20,000 nucleotides of DNA from an uncultured virus (IMG/VR IMGVR_UViG_3300037466_002758) (lineage: Duplodnaviria > Heunggongvirae > Uroviricota > Caudoviricetes). Shown here piece by piece: positions 14,569 to 20,000 of the stretch; position 1 is the first letter of the stretch; each line of letters begins with the position of its first letter. The notes below the pieces were generated by a model that searched no databases, was not told where the DNA came from, and saw nothing but the letters and a program-made list of their open reading frames with translations. Both the position numbers and the translations under genes were made by a program. Location of the stretch: IMG/VR virus record IMGVR_UViG_3300037466_002758; one strand, given 5' to 3'.

Positions 14569-14813
14569 CGGCACTCGTTGCCGCGCGCATGGGGGTTGCG
14601 GAAATTCACGTGCTGGACGTTGACGGCAACGAGCTCGCGGTCCTGGGCCCCACGGAAGGCTTGCACGAATACAGCGGTGCCGTTACTCGCAGCGGCACGG
14701 TCTACGACATCACGCTCGACGACTTCTGCCTTCCTGTGAGCCATGTTGGGCAGCACCTCGTCGCGGGTGACACCGTCAGCTACATTCTTGGAGATCTGTT
14801 TGATCACACTTGA
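14520..14813 (+). CDS. Hypothetical protein (~97 aa, start uncertain)
   Basis: Only + strand ORF filling the gap before the polymerase gene; overlaps both neighbours. Confidence 0.55.
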   Translation: MGTKVGTRGTLSDEYIAALVAARMGVAEIHVLDVDGNELAVLGPTEGLHEYSGAVTRSGTVYDITLDDFCLPVSHVGQHLVAGDTVSYILGDLFDHT

Positions 14814-16677
14814 TTTCGAAACCTACTACGACAAGGACTATACCCTCAAGAAACTCACCACCGAAGAATACGTCCGAGACCCGCGCTTCGAAGTGATCGG
14901 CGTGGGTGCCAGGGTCGATTCGCAACCGACGCAGTGGTTCAGCGGCACGCACGAAGAGACGGGCGAGTTCCTGCGTTCGCTCGAGATCCCGAAGCACTAC
15001 CTCGTCGCACACAACACAATGTTTGATGGGGCCATTCTCGCGTGGCACTTCGGCATCCGACCCAAGTATTACGTCGACACACTCTCGATGGCGCGGCCGC
15101 TTACGGGCCTCACTGTCGGTGGAAGCCTCAAAGCGCTCGCGGACAAATTCGCGCTCGGAGCCAAGGGTGATGAGCTCGTTCACGGGATCGGCAAGCACCG
15201 CCTTGACTTTACGCCGGAGGAGCTCGCGCGCTATGCCGCCTACTGTAAGAACGACGTCGAGCTCACACACCTCTTGTACTACGTCCTGCGCGAGCACGTG
15301 ACCCCGCGCGAGATGTTCGTGATCGACTTGATGCTAAGGATGTTTGTAGATCCTGTGCTACAGCTCGATTCCAAAAGTCTTACAGAACATCTAGTCACTG
15401 TCCGACAAAAAAAGGATGAGCTGTTAGGAAGAATAAGGCTGTGTATCGAGGACAAGTCAACATTGATGAGCAACCCGAAGTTCGCGCAGCTGCTTCGGGA
15501 GCTGGGTGTCGAGCCGCCCATGAAGGTCTCGAAGACGACGGGCAAGCCCACGCTCGCGCTCGCCAAGTCGGACCCCGAGTTCAAGGCGCTTCTCGAGCAC
15601 GAAAACCCGCTCGTGCAGGCGGCGGTCTCCGCGCGTCTAGGCATGAAGTCGACGCTCGAGGAGACGCGCACCGAGTCGTTCCTCCAGATCGCCCAGCGGG
15701 GGCTCCTGCCCGTGCCGCTCTCGTACTACGCGGCTCACACGGGGCGCGCGGGTGGGACGGACGGCATCAACCTGCAGAACCTGCCGCGCGGCGGGGCGCT
15801 CCGGCATGCGATCAAGCCCCCACCCGGACATCTACTCATCGCCGGCGACTCGAGCTCGATCGAGGCCCGCAAAGTGGCCTGGCTTGCCAACCAGGAAGAC
15901 CTGGTGTACGACTTTGGCGCGGGCGTGGACATCTACTCCAAGTTCGCGAGCGAGATCTACGGCAGGCCCGTCGACCGCAAGCGCATCGAGATTGTCGATG
16001 GCAAGGAATTGAAGCCCGACTTCCTGCCCGGCTTTGTGGGCAAGACCTGCATCCTGGGCCTGGGGTATGGCATGGGCAAGGATCGCCTTCACGACACACT
16101 CAAGATCGGCCAGGGCGGTGTGTCCATCGTGGTGCCGGTCGAGGAGTGCGGCAAGTACGTGAGCCTTTACCGCCGCAAGTACGCGCGGATCCCGGAGCTC
16201 TGGGACATGGGGGACCAGGCACTTCGGGCCGTGGCCAACGGCCGGGAGTTCGAGTTCGGTGTGAATCTGAAGCTGCTGTGCGACTCGGAGGGCATCCACC
16301 TGCCCAACGGCATGCTGGTGCGCTACCCCGAGCTCACGCGCACCCCGGACGGTTACGTGTACAAGACCCGCAAGGGCCCCAAGCATATCTACGGTGGGAA
16401 ACTCACGGAGAACGTAGTGCAGGCCCTGGCCCGCATCGTGGTCTTCGACCAGATGTGCAAGGTCGAGCAGAAGTTGAAACCACTGGACCGGCCTGGACGG
16501 CGCCACCGGGTGGTGCTCACCGTGCATGACGAGATCGTGATCTGCGTGCCGGCGGACTTCGCAGCAGAGGCCAAGGACTTGATGGTCAAGGCCATGTCCG
16601 CCCCTCCCTCTTGGGCAGAGTCACTCCCCGTGGCCTGTGATGTCGAGGTGGGTGAATCGTATGGGGCTTGCAAGTAG
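14800..16677 (+). CDS. Phage family A DNA polymerase with 3'-5' exonuclease (625 aa, no 5' nuclease domain)
   Basis: TTG 14800 after GGAG. ExoI DFET, ExoII HNTMFD, ExoIII YCKND; TGR…NLQNLP; motif A DSSSIEAR; motif B GFVGKTCILGLGYG; motif C VHDE. Confidence 0.95.
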   Translation: MITLDFETYYDKDYTLKKLTTEEYVRDPRFEVIGVGARVDSQPTQWFSGTHEETGEFLRSLEIPKHYLVAHNTMFDGAILAWHFGIRPKYYVDTLSMARPLTGLTVGGSLKALADKFALGAKGDELVHGIGKHRLDFTPEELARYAAYCKNDVELTHLLYYVLREHVTPREMFVIDLMLRMFVDPVLQLDSKSLTEHLVTVRQKKDELLGRIRLCIEDKSTLMSNPKFAQLLRELGVEPPMKVSKTTGKPTLALAKSDPEFKALLEHENPLVQAAVSARLGMKSTLEETRTESFLQIAQRGLLPVPLSYYAAHTGRAGGTDGINLQNLPRGGALRHAIKPPPGHLLIAGDSSSIEARKVAWLANQEDLVYDFGAGVDIYSKFASEIYGRPVDRKRIEIVDGKELKPDFLPGFVGKTCILGLGYGMGKDRLHDTLKIGQGGVSIVVPVEECGKYVSLYRRKYARIPELWDMGDQALRAVANGREFEFGVNLKLLCDSEGIHLPNGMLVRYPELTRTPDGYVYKTRKGPKHIYGGKLTENVVQALARIVVFDQMCKVEQKLKPLDRPGRRHRVVLTVHDEIVICVPADFAAEAKDLMVKAMSAPPSWAESLPVACDVEVGESYGACK

Positions 16678-16720
16678 GCGACCTGCCCAAAAGTATTCAC
16701 ATATATAAATCAGATACATA

Positions 16721-16750
16721 TTCACAACTTAACAACGTTATGTGTATACT
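16721..16750 (+). promoter_or_regulatory. Putative sigma70-type promoter in an AT-rich intergenic region
   Basis: TTCACA (16721-26), 18-nt spacer, TATACT (16745-50). Confidence 0.5.
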
Positions 16751-16799
16751 CGCCTACAGAAATATAAACGACCTCCACATACAAAAGGAGTCTCAACCC

Positions 16800-17432
16800 A
16801 TGATCCGATACAACCCGGCCAGGGCGAGAGACGCGGTGCAGTTCATCGTCGACTCTTCGTACGCGGTGCACCACATCAAGAAACTGCGTACAGCAGTCGC
16901 TCGCCCCCGCTCGCTCCCATTCAAGGGAGAGGCTGAGGTACTCAATGAATTACTTGTCATCGGTCGACAAAGCCGCGTCGCTATGGAGAACCTCATCGCC
17001 ATGGCGGAAGAACGGCGCGATACGCGCAACGACTACCAGCGCGACTATATGGCGGCAAAGCGCCAGCGTGAACGCAAAGTGGTGCAACTCGAGACGCTCC
17101 TGCGCGGGCGTCCGCTCTCCATCGATGAGGCAGCGCAGACCATTCGCAAACAGCAAGAAGTCTGGAGGCGGGAGCGGGAACGCGCACTCGCCGGCGTAAC
17201 GGACTGGCACGCCAAGAATGCCACCATCGCCGATTTCTGGCGCAAGAAAGACCACGAGCTCGAGGAGTTGATCGCCGAGGCCCAGCGATCGGTCGATCGT
17301 GTCGTGCACCGCCGCACGGTGGTCGAGCTCAAGCCAAAAAAAGAGACGCTGCTGGGGCAAAAACTGCGGGCAGCGTTCGAGGGAAAGGCACCAAAAAAAG
17401 TTCACGTCGCCGCTAGTTCCAAGCCCCACTGA
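16800..17432 (+). CDS. Hypothetical helical, basic protein (210 aa)
   Basis: ATG 16800 after SD AAGGAG, in frame with ORF 16668..17432; contains RNDYQRDYMAAKRQR. Confidence 0.8.
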   Translation: MIRYNPARARDAVQFIVDSSYAVHHIKKLRTAVARPRSLPFKGEAEVLNELLVIGRQSRVAMENLIAMAEERRDTRNDYQRDYMAAKRQRERKVVQLETLLRGRPLSIDEAAQTIRKQQEVWRRERERALAGVTDWHAKNATIADFWRKKDHELEELIAEAQRSVDRVVHRRTVVELKPKKETLLGQKLRAAFEGKAPKKVHVAASSKPH

Positions 17433-17440
17433 TCTACTAA

Positions 17441-17500
17441 CATCCGCCTCATACTCACCGCCGAGCCCCTCGGCGGTGTCTCCCATTGTGAGGCGCGATG
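17441..17500 (+). promoter_or_regulatory. Extended stem-loop covering the SD and start of the Cas4-like gene (may also act as a terminator)
   Basis: Perfect 10-bp stem CACCGCCGAG(17456-65)-CCC-CTCGGCGGTG(17469-78), nested in CGCCTCA(17445-51)/TGAGGCG(17489-95). Confidence 0.65.
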
Positions 17501-18151
17501 GCGATACCGGCGTGGACATATTCACACCTGGACAAGTTCGAAACTTGCCCGAGGCAGTTCTATCACGTCAAGGTGTTGCGAGATGTAATAGAACCCCCCA
17601 CCGAACACACGCTGTGGGGTAACGAAGTACACAAAAAGCTGGAAGAGTCTGTAGGTAGTGACTTACAATTGCCTGAGGGTATGACACAATGGCAGCCACT
17701 TGTTGACCGGGTGAAGAAACTGCCCGGAGACAAGTTCACAGAGTGTCGGTTGGCCCTTGATTCGAGCTTCAAACCCGCGCCCTGGAAGGCTTCCTGGACT
17801 CGGGGTGTTATCGACCTGCTGGTGGTGAACGGCAAGGAAGCTGCCGTCATCGACTACAAAACCGGGAAGTTCAAGCCGAGTGAGCAGCTCCACCTCTACG
17901 CCGGGTACGTGTTCTCGCACTACGAGCAGGTGCAGGCCGTCAAGACCGCGTTCGTCTGGCTGAAGGAAAAGCGGTTCTCGAGGGAAACGATACAGAGAAA
18001 GGATCTGCCGAGTGTATGGGTTCCACTGCTGGAAAGAGCGAAGAAGCTGCAATCAGCATACGAGCGGAATTCGTGGCCTGCACGCCCGAGCGGGTTGTGC
18101 CGAGGCTGGTGTCCGGTGACCAAGTGCGAGTTCTACAAGAAGAGGCTGTGA
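17498..18151 (+). CDS. Cas4-like / PD-(D/E)XK exonuclease with a probable Fe-S cluster (217 aa)
   Basis: YSHLDKFETCPRQF, GNEVHKKLE, GVIDLL, IDYKTGK, QLHLYA, and C-terminal CRGWCPVTKC (1+3 Cys pattern). Confidence 0.9.
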   Translation: MAIPAWTYSHLDKFETCPRQFYHVKVLRDVIEPPTEHTLWGNEVHKKLEESVGSDLQLPEGMTQWQPLVDRVKKLPGDKFTECRLALDSSFKPAPWKASWTRGVIDLLVVNGKEAAVIDYKTGKFKPSEQLHLYAGYVFSHYEQVQAVKTAFVWLKEKRFSRETIQRKDLPSVWVPLLERAKKLQSAYERNSWPARPSGLCRGWCPVTKCEFYKKRL

Positions 18152-18321
18152 TGACGCGTGAGGAGTTCGAGACCGAGTATGCAGCGCTCTCCACCGAAGA
18201 ATTAGTGGATTTCGTGATGGCGAGTCAGAAACGCAGCGCGCTGGAAAGAGAACTCGCGGGCCGGTTGAGTGCTGCGGAGGCTGCGATCGCGGCCGCGCTC
18301 GCGCTATATGCAGACCCCTGA
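18151..18321 (+). CDS. Hypothetical helical protein (56 aa)
   Basis: SD GAGG; TGATG coupling; in frame with ORF 18016..18321. Confidence 0.65.
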   Translation: MTREEFETEYAALSTEELVDFVMASQKRSALERELAGRLSAAEAAIAAALALYADP

Positions 18322-18625
18322 GGGGAAAGTTAAGGCAGACATAAAAAAGCTCCTGAAGGAGCGGGGTATCTGGTTTTTCATGCCCGTACAAAACGGCATG
18401 GGTGTCGTCGGCATCCCGGACTTCATCTGCTGCGCCGGCGGGGCGTTCCTGTCGATCGAAGCAAAGGCGCCGGGTAAGGCGGACAACCTCTCACCCAACC
18501 AGCAGCGGGTGCGGGGTGAGATTCTTCAGCACGGTGGTTTTCACCTTGTTGTGGATGATGTACTTGCGCTCGAGCAATTCCTCGAGGGAAAGGATTTCAG
18601 GTGGGAAAGCCGCGCAATTATGTGA
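18308..18625 (+). CDS. VRR-NUC domain nuclease (possible Holliday junction resolvase), 105 aa
   Basis: TPEGKVK…GIPDFI…IEAKAP…SPNQ…GG signature. Confidence 0.9.
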   Translation: MQTPEGKVKADIKKLLKERGIWFFMPVQNGMGVVGIPDFICCAGGAFLSIEAKAPGKADNLSPNQQRVRGEILQHGGFHLVVDDVLALEQFLEGKDFRWESRAIM

Positions 18626-18855
18626 ACGCCACGAAGTACGAGGAGACGCCCACGCAGGTGAAGCACCGCGAGATGCGCAACCGCGCTCGCTACGACGCCG
18701 AGAAGAAAGGCCTCGTGAAGAAGGGCGACGGCAAGGACGTCGACCACAAAACCCCGCTCGCGCGCGGGGGCACGAACGCACCCAGCAACCGGCGAGTTAT
18801 CACGGAAGCGGAAAACAGGTCATGGCGCAAAGGCAAAAGCGGGTACAAACCCTAG
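18601..18855 (+). CDS. Small HNH-like endonuclease (84 aa)
   Basis: KGDGKDVDHKTPLARGGTNAPSNRRVITEAENR (DH…N…N beta-beta-alpha-metal motif). Confidence 0.85.
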   Translation: MGKPRNYVNATKYEETPTQVKHREMRNRARYDAEKKGLVKKGDGKDVDHKTPLARGGTNAPSNRRVITEAENRSWRKGKSGYKP

Positions 18856-19154
18856 CGTGGAACTCGGCGGTTTACAAGAAAAACAGGCTTAAGTTTCTGC
18901 TGCGGTACCGCCTCAAAGCGCTGTACCCGGCGCCCACCTCACCGGATATTAGCGAGCTCCGGTTTTCGCACGCGAAAGCCGACGGGAAGTTGGACCTTAC
19001 TGCGGAATTCGTCGTACCCTCGGAGCTCGAGGATTCGGTGTACGGTCCCACCTACCACTACGAGAAGCACGTCATGCAGAACGTGTTCGACTGGGACTTG
19101 CCGCTCGAGGAAATATGCGAAGTGCTCCTGGTGCAGCTGAGGCTGGCACAATGA
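18822..19154 (+). CDS. Small paralogue family 2, member A (110 aa)
   Basis: ATG 18822 in frame with ORF 18402..19154; ends NVFDWDLPLEEICEVLLVQLRLAQ. Confidence 0.7.
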   Translation: MAQRQKRVQTLAWNSAVYKKNRLKFLLRYRLKALYPAPTSPDISELRFSHAKADGKLDLTAEFVVPSELEDSVYGPTYHYEKHVMQNVFDWDLPLEEICEVLLVQLRLAQ

Positions 19155-19435
19155 GCGCGCGAAGCAGAAGGCGCACGAGGGCACTGCGCTTATTGCTACG
19201 AGAGAAGGTGTCTAATATGCCGGGGATGGCAGTCGTCTCTGTGCACACTTGCAGGAACCCCGGAGAGTATTCGAAGTGGCGCGCTCAGGTAGCGTTTGCC
19301 TCCACGCTTGAGGACGATCCCCTTGGCGATGTCTACTTTGGGCCGGTGACCACGATCTTCAACACTTTCACGGAGGACACAACGCTAGAGGCAGCATGCG
19401 ATACGCTGCTGGTCCAGCTCAGACTCGAACGATGA
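19151..19435 (+). CDS. Small paralogue family 2, member B (94 aa)
   Basis: ATGA coupling at both ends; ends NTFTEDTTLEAACDTLLVQLRLER. Confidence 0.75.
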   Translation: MSARSRRRTRALRLLLREKVSNMPGMAVVSVHTCRNPGEYSKWRAQVAFASTLEDDPLGDVYFGPVTTIFNTFTEDTTLEAACDTLLVQLRLER

Positions 19436-20000
19436 AAGTTCTTCCTGAGAAGAAAGCCCTGCTGTTCCGGTTGCGTGACCCGTCGAAGATAACGACGGTG
19501 ATCCCAACTGCGAAACGGGTGAAATCCAAGGATGGCAGTTTCATCGCCGTTCCCCACAGGCCCGACGAAGTGCGCGTGCTCCGCGCCCTGGGCTTCAATC
19601 CCCCCGACCCGATGCCGACGTACTACGACTGGCCGGGTCGGTACAAACCATTCAGCGCGCAGATCGAGACGGCGAACTTTCTCTCGATGAACAACCGGGC
19701 CTTCTGCTTGAACAGCATGGGCACCGGCAAAACCATGTCCGCGCTCTGGGCGTATGACTACTTGAAGAAGCAGAAGCTCGTGAAGCGCGTACTCGTGGTG
19801 TGCCCGCTATCCACAATGGAACGCACCTGGGCCGACGAGATATTCCGCTCCTTTCCGCACCTGGATGCGACCGTGTTGTACGGCACAGCGGCGAAGCGGA
19901 AGAAGCTCCTCGACCAGAAGGTCGACATCTACATTATCAATACCGACGGCATCAAGACGGTCAAGCAGGAGCTTGCCGATCGCGACGACATCGATCTCAT
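19432..20000 (+). CDS. SNF2-family (SF2) helicase, N-terminal part; runs off the window
   Basis: Translated by hand: MKVLPEKKALLFRLRDP…, Q-motif KPFSAQ, Walker A NSMGTGKT, motif Ia VLVVCPLS…W. No stop before 20000. Confidence 0.92.
   Translation, partial: MKVLPEKKALLFRLRDPSKITTVIPTAKRVKSKDGSFIAVPHRPDEVRVLRALGFNPPDPMPTYYDWPGRYKPFSAQIETANFLSMNNRAFCLNSMGTGKTMSALWAYDYLKKQKLVKRVLVVCPLSTMERTWADEIFRSFPHLDATVLYGTAAKRKKLLDQKVDIYIINTDGIKTVKQELADRDDIDL

Larger units (their letters stand above)
1..20000 (+). mobile_element. Tailed bacteriophage or prophage genome segment (early/accessory and DNA replication region)
   Basis: Dense co-oriented small ORFs with ATGA/TGATG/GTGA overlaps. Phage-type PolA, Cas4-like nuclease, VRR-NUC, HNH, SNF2 helicase, DUF3310 and MoxR/vWA genes. 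No host housekeeping genes. Confidence 0.95.

Noticed and set aside
15441..16529. 362-aa alternative-frame ORF inside the polymerase gene
   Set aside because: Arg/Pro/Gly/Ala-rich off-frame product expected from GC-rich codon usage.
16668..16799. N-terminal extension of ORF 16668..17432
   Set aside because: The region is AT-rich and promoter-like; SD AAGGAG supports ATG 16800.
17498..18151. Cas4-like gene as evidence of a CRISPR-Cas system
   Set aside because: No cas1, cas2 or array; solo Cas4-like nucleases are routine in phage replication modules.
18402..18821. N-terminal part of the 250-aa ORF 18402..19154
   Set aside because: Overlaps the VRR-NUC and HNH genes; only the part from 18822 aligns with its paralogue.
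18601..18855. HNH gene as an intron-encoded homing endonuclease
   Set aside because: Very short, no DNA-binding extension, and it does not interrupt a gene; no intron or intein was seen in the polymerase or helicase.
1..20000. Stop-codon reassignment (prompted by the TGA at 5574)
   Set aside because: TGA, TAA and TAG all terminate well-defined genes, and the conserved genes are intact under the standard code.

Overview
A 20 kb segment of a GC-rich tailed-phage (or prophage) genome. About 50 genes lie on the + strand and most are translationally coupled. No structural, lysis or integrase genes, tRNAs or CRISPR arrays were seen. Left (0.3-5.5 kb): a MoxR-type AAA+ ATPase, a DUF3150-like protein and an HEXXH-metallopeptidase/vWA protein, interleaved with five small divergent paralogues sharing a GV-x6/7-W motif and a C-terminal [FY]P[TS]xxAAxxAxxLIY-type helix. 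Middle (5.5-9.9 kb): a mosaic of small, often Zn-finger, chimeric or truncated genes with recurring junction sequences and two candidate structured-RNA elements. Right (9.9-20 kb): Nmad5-like, ParB-like (DGQHR), DUF3310, winged-helix, family A DNA polymerase (Leu762 type, with Gly at the motif B Arg), Cas4-like nuclease, VRR-NUC, HNH, a tandem paralogue pair ending LLVQLRL, and the start of a SNF2-type helicase. Three genes have their ribosome-binding sites hidden in hairpins. Family assignments come from motif recognition by eye, not from database searches.
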